Positions 1-26,715 are shown, numbered from the stretch's first letter. The stretch is 64,000 nucleotides of DNA from Amoebidium appalachense (GCA_963693365.1 CAVNZM010000009.1:2482231-2546230); one strand, 5' to 3'. The notes: generated by a model from the letters alone, not told the origin. A program made the numbers and translations.

Positions 1-200
1 CAACTCTACCCTCTTTTCGACCATATGGGGAAACATAACACCAACAGAATCAACCGGAACACCAAGATATTTGTATTCTGGAACTATAGGTACAGGTTTA
101 GATGATAATGTAAATGTGTGTAAATTGTTGGCTATATCAGGTACAAGAACACCACATTTGTCTATGTTAAGGATCATAAGGTTTGCCTTGCACCATATAT
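1..200 (-). pseudogene. Non-LTR retrotransposon reverse transcriptase fragment (C-terminal RT motifs), running off the window edge
   Basis: Minus-strand translation WCKANLMILNIDKCGVL...VPIVPEYKYLGV matches the W..N.M..N..KC and YKYLG motifs of LINE RTs. Confidence 0.75.
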
Positions 201-295
201 ATCCATGGTGCAAGAATGGTTCAAGATCAGTAGCGTAAGCACGTGACCTGGCACACCTGTGTCTGTCTGTGACACGGTGCAATGCGCATGCATGT

Positions 296-395
296 CATGA
301 CTCCGTCGAGTCACGGCCATCTAATGACTCCGAGTCACGGCCATCTAGAAACACTTTCTAGATGGCTCTAGATGGCCGTGCTCCGAGTCCATGCA
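296..395. repeat. Short compound inverted/tandem repeat (small foldback)
   Basis: gagtcacggccatcta is duplicated in tandem; cacggccatctaga (336-349) is inverted as tctagatggccgtg (367-380). Confidence 0.7.
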
Positions 396-602
396 TCAAC
401 CCAAGCTCTTGGTCTAAACTTTCCAAATATGGCATGTGCACTAAATAAGTGCACTTGCACATTGTGCAGTGCACTGCGTGGCAGTGCTTTGACCAATCAG
501 CAGGCACTGTGGCACATCGATGCTAAAGCAGGCTGGTCAAAACACCCAACACCCACACATTTGCATCCGGACCCCAACTTCAAATTTGTTTCTTCCTATG
601 AA

Positions 603-939
603 TTTTTTTTTCTTCTTTTGACTGGATTTATTCGACGGAAAGATATGCAAGTATGCACGGCATACTGAGAAGACAATAAAAACTTCACGAGTTATCCAGT
701 AACAAGTGCATACTGAGATACCTGAACACTGTGTGAAAATCATATAAATACTCAATGTGACGACCAACAGAATTCAACAAAAAGACTGAGTGATCACCTT
801 GCCAGCCAGTGTAGCAGACACCCGAAAATAGTGAAATATAAGAATGATTATCTCTCCTGTAAACTGCAAAAACACTTGATTCCAATGAATCATTTTTAAC
901 TACAGAGCATATTTCATGTATAAAGGTAAATAAAACCAT
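603..939 (-). mobile_element. 3' end of a decayed LINE-like element (ORF C-terminus, 3' UTR, AATAAA, A-rich tail)
   Basis: ORF 685-939 contains GWQGDHSVFLLNSVGRH, close to TDWQCDHVTTLDFLLNSVGRH at ~3095-3155; minus strand ends AATAAAtccagtcAAAAGAAGAAAAAAAAA; 616-753 recurs in opposite orientation at 27224-27363. Confidence 0.65.
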
Positions 940-1834
940 TGATGTTTATGTTGCCCGTGTAAAGTTTCAAAAATTTGAATCAAACTAGGAATTTTCGTTT
1001 ACTATTTGTTGGCGTGAAATTGTAAATCTTGGGGGCTCAGAGTGCGCAAGATCGGAACAGCGAGATGATTGGTGAACACTTTAAATTAACAGCCTGGTAT
1101 GAGCCGCCACAGCGGAAACACTCACAGCTTTCGAAAACGGGGGTTTTTTCGGCACGTGCCCCAACATTCACGTTGGAAACCTCATTAGTATCCAGACCCC
1201 GAACTTTGAGCTTTACTTTTTACATATGTTTACAATATGGTGTAGCAAAATAAAAGTATGTAATATACCAGAATCTGATTGTATGTCCTGTTGCGGTTGC
1301 CACGCTTCCTCTGGTTTGGGCACCTCGAGCACAATTCCGACGATTTGCAGAAATTTTCACAGGGCGAAAAAAGCGAGATATATTGGACACCTTGAGTAAA
1401 ATGCCATGGTAGATCGCAACCATATGTATATACATTAGGAAACCATAACAAGGCATATGACAGATGAGAACACAACACTTTCGGGCGCTAATCAAATAAA
1501 AAAGATGGAGAGGGTAAGGTCCTCTCGCTTGCTATATTTAATTATCGCCCGGAACAAAAGGTTGTGTGGTTATAATAGCTCATACCTGAACAGGTATGCA
1601 TTTGCCTCCAATATAGATATACATCTAGATCTTTGTCATCGGTCATATCAGTACGCGCAGTGTGACACTGTGTAGGCAGTTAGAGCTTAGAACTACCCAA
1701 GTGACAGCCAAGGGACCTACATTGTAAATTCAGGTTGCTATTCAATAAAATAACATTCATAATCGTAATAATTTGCCCGTGTACATGCATAATGCTTCAA
1801 TTCTTGGGCTAGCGAATCTTATTCCGTCATTTTC

Positions 1835-2400
1835 GTGGGATATATTTTGAATTCTTTTATATTAGAGACTCGTCTATTTTCTCTACAATCGTTATGTAAA
1901 TTAGCTACTTATATTCATCCTTCCTCTCGTAAATCTACCACACTTGCCGATTTTGCCATTCTAACCCCTTCGTGTGATATTGCTTGGAAATGTTTATTTT
2001 GGCGTTGTAACCTTAGTTTCCGTAAATGTTTGTGTCACTTTTGTGCAGAACCTTTTTCTCGCAAACATCTAGATAGATGTATTTATTTATCTCAGGTTCT
2101 TCCGTTAAAAATTCGAAGACTTGTGGAGGGCGGTTTACTCGCGGCTGCATATCTATCAATAAATGCAACCTGTTAGCTAATGTATTAGAACTGGAGGTTA
2201 TTGGCGGTTTTATTCTCTTTTCTTCCTCTCTTCCTCAATATATCCGTTTTAAGATGACTATCCTAGATCACCTTATTAATGCTGCACAGTATGATATTGT
2301 GATCCGGTGCCTTAACTTTCTTTCGGAGCTACCAATGCTAGCCTCCCATAAAATGTAATAGGGGTGTCATATACTACGATGGCGCTCATTGTTGCCTAGC
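1835..2400 (+). mobile_element. 5'-truncated LINE-like fragment (Cys/His knuckle, C-terminus, start of 3' UTR); uninterrupted copy that defines the Helitron empty site
   Basis: WRCNLSFRKCLCHFCAEPFSRKHLDRC knuckle and TILDHLIN motif; 2121-2343 is near-identical to 3357-3577 and 2354-2400 to 27055-27101. Confidence 0.65.
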
Positions 2401-3593
2401 GGCCGTGGCGCTGAAAGAGTTCGACGATTTTCAGGGTACTGTGCTGCGCACTTTGTTTCGTACTCGGTTTGTGCCTCCCTTAATCAGTATGTTTGGATTG
2501 TCGTCTGCTGGTTGTCGTATGGAGGAATTGTCTCTTCGTTTTTGTTTTCAATTAGTTAGGATATCTGATGGTCACCCTCTTTATGCTTTCTTTCCCCCCC
2601 CCCTCCCTCCATCCCTCTTCCCCCCCGATTCACCAACGCTACTTCTGAATGTCCTCAGCCTACCCTCTTTCAACCTGATTCTTCCTCTCGCCATCTCACT
2701 CCCTCCTTCTTTTCTCTTCCTGTTTTTTCTGCTTTTTCACGTTATTACCATACGCAGTATAAGTTTCTTTCTCGTTCTGATAGAGAATTCAAAGGTAAAA
2801 CTCAGTCGGCATGTGTTATGTTCCTTAGGCAACACCGTACTGATCATTATCGCTTTTTGGGAGCTTTGGCAGGATATATTTCTTCTGCTGTACGTATGGA
2901 TACCACCCTAGTAGATAAGTCTGTATGGTGCTCTGATGTTGATATTGCCTGGGAAGTTGTGCAGTGGCGTTGTAATTTTTGTTTCCATCGCCGCTGGTGC
3001 CACTTTTGTGCTGAACTTTTTAATCGCAAGCATGTTGATAAGTGTGAGTTTTTATGTCGCTTTTTACCTCTTTCCCTACGGGTGTCTGCAACACTGACTG
3101 GCAATGTGACCATGTGACCACTTTAGACTTTTTGTTGAATTCTGTTGGTCGTCACATTCTACGTGTTGAGTCCCTTCCGGTGTTAGGACCGCACAAACAC
3201 CAACTACTAGTAGCCTATATGGCGGATACGGTTAGAGAGTCTCGTTCATACATAGATTCGTTTATTCGTAATGTGGTGTGGTGTAAAAACGCAAAGATGA
3301 TTATGGCTTGGCGGTGTAATCGGTTTCTGGTGTCTCCTGCTCGTATGTGTAATATGTGTGGGGGGCGGTTTACTCGCGGCTGCATATCTATCAATAAATG
3401 CAACCTGTTAGCTAATGTATTAGAACCGGAGGTTATTGGCGGTTTTATTCTCTTTTCTTCATCTCTTCCTCAATATATCCGTTTTAAGATGACTATCCTA
3501 GATCACCTTATTAATGCTGCACAGTATGATATTGTGATCCGGTGCCTTAACTTTCTGTCGGAGCTACCGATGCTAGCATCTGCTTACCCATAA
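2401..3593 (+). mobile_element. Further nested, frameshifted LINE-like C-terminal fragments
   Basis: FDDFQGTVLRTLF...LSLRF...DGHP (post-RT-like), WRCNFCFHRRWCHFCAELFNRKHVDKC knuckle, TTLDFLLN; a second copy of the 2121-2343 segment ends at TAA 3591-3593. Confidence 0.6.
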
Positions 3594-3595
3594 TT

Positions 3596-3638
3596 CCCAA
3601 TCTCCTTCAGTGACAGGTTTCCTGTCAGGGAGATTGGG
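3596..3638 (+). other. 5' terminal hairpin containing the 5' asymmetric TIR of the Helitron2-type element
   Basis: CCCAATCTCC-ttcag-TGACAGG-ttt-CCTGTCA-g-GGAGATTGGG. Confidence 0.85.
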
Positions 3639-3790
3639 TTTATTGGGGATAGGGGTTTGGGGGAAGGGGAGAGCGGGTCTCACGTGAGATGCCAAGAGTG
3701 AGAAAAAAAAGAATGTACAGCCAATCGGGTGCCAGTATCCATAGCAATCGGAGAACGCGGCGACCCAGTTTGAGTCTGATTGGCTGGAAC

Positions 3791-5188
<1,398 letters not shown>

Positions 5189-5190
<2 letters not shown>

Positions 5191-5527
5191 GGTTTTATTT
5201 GTGGAAATTATTGACATAAATATTTTTCTGGGTAAATACGTAGGATGGGTGTCCGATATCTACAGGCTTCGTTTCATGTTTTAGCAGTTCGCGTTCGGCT
5301 GCCCGCATACGGGCACCTATTAGCCGATCAAAACATCAGATTCCACAGATCACTAGACCGAGTTTGATTGGCTCAGGATAAGATTTCACATAACACTAGA
5401 TCGGTTTTGATTGGCTCAGTTCGGTAGCCGTAGGTATATAAGCACGACAGTTTTTAGCAGATCAGCAAGCAACAACACATCTTCTGTGTTTAGCACCTAC
5501 AGCTTTACAGCTATATTTTCTTTTTCA
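5189..5527 (+). repeat. Split direct repeat A1 (339 bp)
   Basis: Identical by eye to 10073-10411. Confidence 0.93.
5352..5442 (+). promoter_or_regulatory. Probable Pol II promoter in repeat A (two reversed CCAAT boxes plus TATA box)
   Basis: GATTGGCTCAG occurs twice (ATTGG at 5366 and 5410); TATATAA at 5435-5441, ~125 bp upstream of the gag ATG. Confidence 0.55.
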
Positions 5528-5561
5528 TTCACTCTCCCTATCTTTCCGTCCGCCGGTCAGC

Positions 5562-6731
5562 ATGCCGCCGAAAAAGCGCCAGGCCTCAGCCACCGCCCCT
5601 GCCGCGGCACCCAAGCGCCTGACCCGCAGCGACCTCCGCCACAGGCTGACCAACGCTCCCGCGGACACTGACGCGCCTCCAGCGGCCCATACCACCACGG
5701 ACCCGGACCCGCCGGCTAGTCTCCCCTCCCCTCCTGAAATCCCCCCTCAGGCCCCGCCGTCCCCGCAGATGACTTCTCAAGACGCCGTCCTTGCCGCCCT
5801 CACCGCCATCAGCACCCAGATGGCTGGCGTCCTGGCTGCTCTCACCAACCGCAACCCTCCCGCGCCCCCCGCCGCGCCCTCCGCACCCGGGGAGGTTTCC
5901 CCGGGGCTGCATCTCGGCCCTGACCTAGACCTACCTGCCCTGCCCGCGCCCCCCATCACAGGTGAGAACACTGGCGACATTCAGCCGGGCACACTCCCAC
6001 TTCCCCCCGCGGATGTGCTGGCAGATTTGCGCGCCAATCGTTTCGTCGACCTGTATAAGTTCACCCCCGCCGCCCTCCTGGCCCCATCCAAGAAAGGTCA
6101 GCATCTGCGCATGGCCGACGACGGCAGCATCGAGACTTTTCGCCAAGACAAACCCGTTCCCCTGCGTTCACTCGTCATTTGGATCCAAGCTTGGACCCAT
6201 TACATGGCCGCCAAGCACCACCTCGGCCTCCCCACGGACAAAGACGTACTTTGGACTCAGCACATCACTCGCCTCAGCACCCGATACCCGTGGGCCCAGA
6301 TCCACAACTATGACGTATACGCCCGAACCGTTGCCCACCAGCAGGGTCGGGCCCCGATCGAGTGTCCCAACCTGCTCGCCCAACTCCACCAGGATCTCCT
6401 CCTGCCACCCACTCTGCTCATCCCGGACGCATGTCAGCGCTGTGGCTTCCCCGACCACCCCAGCGCGGCCTGCCCCATGTACCCCAAGCCCGGCTGTGGT
6501 CTTGACGGCTTTAAACCGCCCCACAAGCCCGGCGGGGGTCAAACCCCTAACCGCCCTGGCCCGCAACCCGGCCCGGCCAAACCGGCCCGACCCGTGGATC
6601 TACCCGCGACGCACTGCAGGAATTTCCACATTAACGGTCGGTCCTGCGCTAAGCAGCCCTGCCCCTTCTCCCACGTGTGCCCGCTCTGCTCTGGCACACA
6701 CCCCCGCAAAGACTGCAAGCTCAATGCCTAG
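5562..6731 (+). CDS. gag: Gag-like protein of the YR retrotransposon
   Basis: Intact 389 aa ORF1 with W..AW..Y...YD core, CQRCGFPDHPSAAC knuckle and a C-terminal CRNFH...C...CPFSHVCPLCSGTHPRKDC Cys/His cluster typical of DIRS/Ngaro Gag. Confidence 0.88.
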   Translation: MPPKKRQASATAPAAAPKRLTRSDLRHRLTNAPADTDAPPAAHTTTDPDPPASLPSPPEIPPQAPPSPQMTSQDAVLAALTAISTQMAGVLAALTNRNPPAPPAAPSAPGEVSPGLHLGPDLDLPALPAPPITGENTGDIQPGTLPLPPADVLADLRANRFVDLYKFTPAALLAPSKKGQHLRMADDGSIETFRQDKPVPLRSLVIWIQAWTHYMAAKHHLGLPTDKDVLWTQHITRLSTRYPWAQIHNYDVYARTVAHQQGRAPIECPNLLAQLHQDLLLPPTLLIPDACQRCGFPDHPSAACPMYPKPGCGLDGFKPPHKPGGGQTPNRPGPQPGPAKPARPVDLPATHCRNFHINGRSCAKQPCPFSHVCPLCSGTHPRKDCKLNA

Positions 6732-7030
6732 TCTACGCGCACACCCACACAGTGTCACACAGCTAGAACATAGGGGTTAGGAGCTAGGACACACGAGTAC
6801 AGGGAAACGGAGCTCGGGAGAACGGGCCAATAGGGCTGAGTACAAATTTTCGCAGGCCAACTACGGCGCCCGCGCGCGTCAAGAATAAATGTCCCTACAC
6901 AAAGACGTTTATTCTGGCCACTGCACATAATTTTACTCCCCCCCATCCCACGAGCCTCCCCCCCCCCCTTACACTCACCTAGCACTCCCTCCCCCCCTTC
7001 TTCTACCTCTGTGTCCGCCCACACCCCCGC

Positions 7031-7126
7031 GTGCTCGGGCACATTCCCCTGCACAGGGCCCCGCTGCCCTCCCTGCCAACCCTCACTCGGGCCCAGCTGC
7101 CCTACTCTAACCCCCCCGGGGCCCTG

Positions 7127-7185
<59 letters not shown>

Positions 7186-8869
7186 CCTGCCGGGATCTCC
7201 CCGAGGGTGCCCCACCCTTGCTAACCACCCCTTCCCCCGAGGCTCAGACCCGGAGGCCCGCCCGCTGCCCCAGCACCACATTGACACCTCCCGCCTCCGG
7301 GAACTGCTGGCCTCCTACCCAGACCAATCATTCGCCGCACAACTCCTCCACGATGTCGAATTCGGTGTCGACATCGGCTATCGCGGCCCCTCCACCTCTC
7401 GGGTGGGCCCCAACCTACCCACCACCCCGGAGGCAGCTTCCGCTATCACGGCGGATATTGCCAAAGAGGTCGCCCTCGGCCATCTGCGCGGCCCCCTCTC
7501 CCCGGCCCAATTCTTTGACGAATTTCCGGTCCACCGTTCCTCCCCCATCGGCGCTGTTACCAAGAAAGGGAACCCCCCCAAGTACCGTCGAATCCACCAC
7601 CTCTCCTGGCCCCGGGGTAGCAGTGTCAATGACAGCATCACCTACCCCGACGAACTTCAGTACATTCGCGCCCGGGACGTCACCCAGCTCATTCTCGACG
7701 CAGGCCCCGGCTGCTACATGGCCGTGGCACATCAGCAGATGTGCAGGCTGCCTTCCGGCACATGCCCATCCGACCAGAAGACCATCACTTAATGGCATTC
7801 AAATGGCTGGGGCATTTTTACGTTGAAACCAGACTGCCCTTCGGCCTGAAATCTAGCCCAGCCATCTGGGAACGGATCGCGGCCACCCTACAGTGGCTGG
7901 CACACCAGCACGGTATTACCCTCATCCGCCACTACGTGGACGACTGGATTATAGTCGTCCCCACACAAGAGCAGTGCCAACGTCACCTCTCCACCTTCCT
8001 GCAACTCTGCCGAGAGCTGCACATTGCCATCTCCGAAGACAAGATGCAGGGCCCGGCTACCCGTGTCGTCTTCATCGGTATCGAATTCGACTCCATCGCC
8101 ATGGAGGCACGAATCCCGGCTTCCAAGCTCTCGGACCTACTCGACCTCACTGCCCACCCAAAGCCCACCATCACCATTCGGGACCTCCAGTCCCTCCTCG
8201 GCAAACTCACCTGGTGTGCCCAGCTGGTTCCCCCCGGGAGGGCCTTCTCCCAGCGCCTATGGGCCCTTCTCCGGACCCACCCACACCTTGCCGGCCACCA
8301 CCACATACGACTGACTGCTGCCGCCCGGGCCGACATAGCCGAATGGCACCAGTTCCTCACATCATGGAATGGGGTGCACCTCATCACACCCCCCACATAC
8401 ACTACCCTGGCCACAGCATCGGTGGGTCTAGGAGGCCACTGGCTCGACCAATGGTTCTTCATGCCCTGGTCCCCCTCCACCCAAGCCCTCTATGCTCATG
8501 AGGGTAAGAGTCGGTTCTTCCGTAATCGAACTCCTGGCCATCGCAGCCGCCGTGGCCCTCTGGGCCCCCTCCTGGTCCACCCACCATGTCCGTATTTTAT
8601 GCGACAACACGGGTGCTGTGTCTGACCTGCACTCCCGGTCTTCCCCCCACCCCGTGATGGCCAAACTTATTCGGTTCATCACCCGCATGGAAATGCAATA
8701 CCAATTCACGTTACAGGGATCCTACCTACCAGGACCCCTCAACCATCTGGCCGATGCCATTTCTCGTAACCAACTTCCCCGGGCCCGACGACTCCGACCA
8801 TCCCTGCAACCGGAGCCCTGCCCCTTCCCCTCCTGGGTCCATGAGTTCCTATCCCTTCCCTTGGGCTAA
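7031..8869 (+). pseudogene. pol: Reverse transcriptase-RNase H (pol), frameshifted at ~7730 and ~8500
   Basis: SPIGAVTKK..KYRRIHHLSWP..SVND, DVQAAFR, LPFGLKSSP, YVDD, FIGIEFD; RNase H ELLA..CDN..PGPLNHLADAISR; spread over three frames; start uncertain. Confidence 0.9.
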
Positions 8870-8919
8870 CCCCCCCCCCCCCCCCCCCAGATCTCCCGTT
8901 CCGGAGCAACGCTGGCAGA

Positions 8920-9957
8920 TTGGCCCCCCACTTTGCTCCGGCCGAGCTGCTTCGAGCCACCACTACCCTGCAGGAATGCCAGGCCCTGAGTCTCAACCTC
9001 GACTCTCGGGCCTTTTACTCCCGGGTGCAAAAAGTGTTCATCGATTTCTGTGTGGCATCTCGGCTGCAATCCCCCTCCGGGTCCTCCCTCCCGGCCTCCC
9101 CACACACCGTGCAACTTTTTCTCGCCTGGTGTGCCCAACGAGGGGTACAGGCCTCTTCCTTAACCGGCTACAATTCGGCCATCACCAGGCTCCACCTCGA
9201 CATGGGCCTCCCTGCTCCCTACCCCCACGACAAGTCTCTGGCCTGGTTCCTACGGGGGTGGGCGGCAGATGGCAGCTTTCTCACAACATCCGACCCCGCT
9301 CATCCACCAGGGAACCCGTCCTGCCCTCCCACCTCAGCCTACTTCACGGCCAGTGCCCCACCAAGGCCTCCTCGGCCAATCTCCGGCTATGGACGGCCCT
9401 CATCGTCGGTTTCTGTGGTCTCCTCCGGTCAGGGGAATTTACCTCCAAGACCCTGACTTCTTTCGACCCGTCCCGTCACGTTAAACGGAAAGACGTGACC
9501 TTCACCTACACCCCCACCGGTACTTTGTCCCATGCCACCCTCCACCTGCCAACCTCTAAGACGGATGTACAGGCCCGAGGTGTCAACGTCACTCTAGCTG
9601 CCCTGCCCCTCACCCACTTCTCCCCAGCCCATCTCCTCCGGCAGTTCCTGGATACAACGTCCGGTCAACCCGACGACCCCCTCTTCAGTCTCGGTGGCAT
9701 CCCCTACACCAAGAGTGCTTTCTCTGCCGACTTCCGTGCCCTCCTCTCCCGGGCAGGCCTCTCACCCTCCCGGTTTGCCGGACACAGCCTCCGCATCGGG
9801 GGGGGCCACAGCACTGGCTGAGGCCGGGGTCGACGACTCCCGGATCAAACAACTCGGCAGGTGGTCCTCCGACTGTTTCCTGATCTATACCCGACTTCGT
9901 CCGGCCTCCATTGCTGCCACTACTACCACACGTGTATTCGCCTCTATTCTTAAGTGA
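8920..9957 (+). pseudogene. Tyrosine recombinase (integrase), frameshifted at ~9265 and ~9800
   Basis: GLLRSGE (R), SKTD (K), GHSLRIGG (HxxR), LGRWSSDCFLIY (W, Y); one shift lies in a poly-G run. Confidence 0.9.
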
Positions 9958-9985
9958 AACCTTTGGAGCAAGCATACTGCTCTCG

Positions 9986-10631
9986 TGCCGTGGTTTACAA
10001 CCATTGCAGGTTCACTTTCGTCCAAGGGGATGTCCCCCTAGAGGCAACACACGTCCCGGAGTAGTTTTCATAGAGGTTTTATTTGTGGAAATTATTGACA
10101 TAAATATTTTTCTGGGTAAATACGTAGGATGGGTGTCCGATATCTACAGGCTTCGTTTCATGTTTTAGCAGTTCGCGTTCGGCTGCCCGCATACGGGCAC
10201 CTATTAGCCGATCAAAACATCAGATTCCACAGATCACTAGACCGAGTTTGATTGGCTCAGGATAAGATTTCACATAACACTAGATCGGTTTTGATTGGCT
10301 CAGTTCGGTAGCCGTAGGTATATAAGCACGACAGTTTTTAGCAGATCAGCAAGCAACAACACATCTTCTGTGTTTAGCACCTACAGCTTTACAGCTATAT
10401 TTTCTTTTTCACCCACCCACCTACACCCTACACTCAACCCCCATTGATCCCCACATACGTGCTGTTTTTTCACGGGGCGAAGACTTCCCCCGTTTTTTGG
10501 GTACAAGGACCTCACGGATCAATAAATTGATGACTGGGGGCCTGCCGTGGTTTACAACCATTGCAGGTTCACTTTCGTCCAAGGGGATGTCCCCCTAGAG
10601 GCAACACACGTCCCGGAGTAGTTTTCATAGA
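9986..10631 (+). repeat. 3' split direct repeats B1-A2-spacer-B2
   Basis: 89-bp B at 9986-10074 and 10543-10631; 339-bp A2 at 10073-10411; AATAAA at 10521 in the spacer. Confidence 0.92.
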
Positions 10632-10984
10632 TTCGTTTTTTTTGGGGAGATAAGCGTCCATTGGGCCAATTAATCTGGGCGTGGTATTGGGTGCAGCAGT
10701 ACGGTGTGACAGACAGGTGTGCGTGGTATTTGATGTACTTGCATCTTAAACGACAGTAATGGGCATGGTATTGGGTAACTGACGAGAGAGGGAGCCCGCA
10801 CGCGTCACCAGGTGTTATAAGAACGTTAACACGTGCGCGTGCGTTTGCATTACGGCCATCATATGGGGCGTGGTATCGGGTATTTATAGTGCCCAAGTTG
10901 TACTAGTCAACTAGACACATGTCATTTTGCCGAACAATCCACTTAAGGAGGTTTCAGGGAGATTTTTCTTCATGAAAAAAAATA

Positions 10985-24256
<13,272 letters not shown>

Positions 24257-24586
24257 ATACATTACTGGAACAAGTCAGTCTAATAGCCATAGGTGGGTGA
24301 ATAATTGGGTAGGATAGTGGATGGGTGGGTGGGAAAGCGTACCTCACTCTTTTTTTTCTTTTTTCTTTTTTTTTTTTCTTGGAGGAGGGGGGGAAGGGGG
24401 GAGGGGGGAGGGACGAAGGAAAAGGCAAGGGGGGAAGGGGCAGGGTCGTTCATAGGTGAGTGCATGAGTGTGTAGGTGGTAGAAGTGTGTGTGTGTGTGT
24501 GTGTGTGTGCGTGTGTATGCTGTCCGTGTATGCGTGCCTGTGATCCATGCTTGTGTGAGTGTATGCGTGTGTGTATGAGTGTTGGT

Positions 24587-24668
<82 letters not shown>

Positions 24669-24741
24669 TGTACGTGCGCGCACGTGTGTATGTACCACTC
24701 CTCCTCCTCTCCCCTCCTATCTCTCTCTCTCTCTGCTCTCT

Positions 24742-24870
<129 letters not shown>

Positions 24871-24910
24871 GACATTCTTCTCTTTCTCCTATATCTCGTG
24901 AATATGATTT

Positions 24911-25303
24911 GTACACGTTGTGGACACGGTACAAACAGAGTGGAATCCCCACTCGCAAACCTTGATTCAATGGTGTACGTGTGATGGGAAGATATACCCA
25001 CACGGTACAAAATGGCGTACGCGTGATGGGAAGACATACCCACACGGTACAAAGTAGTGTACGCGTGATGGGAAGACATACCCACACGGTACAAACTGGT
25101 GTACGCGTGATGGGAAAAACATGCCCACACGGTACAAAACAGTGGAGTCTCCACTCAGAAAACCTGATTCAATGGTGTACACGTGATGGGAAAAACATGC
25201 CCACACGGTACAAAAGAGTGCAAACCCACTCTGAATTTTCAATGGTGTACACGTAGTGGATGAAACATGCCCACACGGTACAAAGAGAGTGGAACCCCCA
25301 CTC
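24911..25303. repeat. Array of ~7 self-complementary ~34-bp units in the Helitron 3' region
   Basis: GTACgCGTGaTGGGaagacataCCCACACGGTAC at ~24975, 25017, 25059, 25101, 25177 and 25246, plus a short copy at 24911; 42-bp period in the core. Confidence 0.85.
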
Positions 25304-25478
25304 CACAATTTCTGTTTTGGACATGTGTCTAAAAGCACATAGCCACCCATCTGCAAAGAAAAAGTCATTCTGTTTCCGTGGGGAGAGTGTTTATCAACAG
25401 CTCTTTCCCCTCCCTCCCTCCCCCCTCCCCTCAAACCACTACCACCACCATCACTATCACCACCACCACCATCACTTT

Positions 25479-25572
<94 letters not shown>

Positions 25573-25705
25573 GCACGCGCGCGCGCAACTCATTTGGCCT
25601 GCTCTCGGCAGGGAGCGCGGGGGGGGGGGGGGGGGGAGGGAGGGGAGGGGGGAGGGAAGGGGAGGGGGGGGGGGGGGGGGGGGACATGACAGCTACAATC
25701 CAGAC

Positions 25706-26226
25706 ATGCTAAAGTTGGGAAAGAGATATGTAAACGAGTCACAAATCTCCAAAAAAACAACACGCACAGTCCCCTCTTTAACCGCAACTGTCATAAATTA
25801 TTATTCTGGCATATATACACCAACTACAAAACGTAGCGATCGCATTCAGTTCAAAGTCTATCCGGTTTCAGCATGGCAGCTGACGGTGGAGAATTGATGG
25901 CACTACATATCGATTTCAGAGGGTATTTACCTTCTCTCTCTCCAAGTCAACTGAAAAACCCGAAGCATTACTGTTTAGCAACAGGAACGCTTAAGTTCCC
26001 CAACTGTTTCAATCCTACAGATCGATGGGGTGCCGGCACATGGTCGGTATATTTCAAAAGTGACACACATGGAGTCTACGGGAAACTGCATGTAGTACCA
26101 GCCATACAAAAGGTTGAAGGGCACGGACCAATTCACCAAAACGCGAAAGTCAACGTACGTTTTCATTTCCATTGTGTTCTGGTGAAGAAAGAATACAAGG
26201 CACTCCAGTGTACTTCCACGCAATAG
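25706..26226 (+). CDS. Orphan cargo ORF(s) inside the Helitron (63 aa + overlapping 117 aa; possibly one frameshifted ~170 aa protein)
   Basis: Complex non-repetitive sequence with protein-like composition, lying between 50-bp direct repeats at 25351-25401 and 26399-26449; no family recognised. Confidence 0.35.
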
Positions 26227-26539
26227 GAACACAATTGCTTTCAACTCCAACTTTAACGAATGGTGATTTCATAAATCCCTAAATCACCGTCGACAACAAC
26301 ACCGCGACAGCAACAGGTACAGCCTTCCCATACCTACGTACGGTTGTTTACCGTTATTTATCACTGGTATGCCGGTAGTGAAATGTAATTGGTTGTTGCT
26401 GCAAAGAAAATGTCTTTCTGTTGCCGTGGGGAGAGTGTTTATCAACAGCCACTCCCTACCACTCACACGCGCATACCATATCATGTGCACGCAAACACAC
26501 ACAAACACACACACACAAACACACACACACACACCTCTC

Positions 26540-26573
<34 letters not shown>

Positions 26574-26651
26574 CACACACGCACACACGCACTGCAGACA
26601 CACACGCACGCACACACACACACACACACACATGTGTGCACAATACACACA

Positions 26652-26715
<64 letters not shown>

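Noticed and set aside
24911-25303. CRISPR-like array of palindromic repeats
   Set aside because: Spacers are short or similar to each other, there are no cas genes, and the context is eukaryotic
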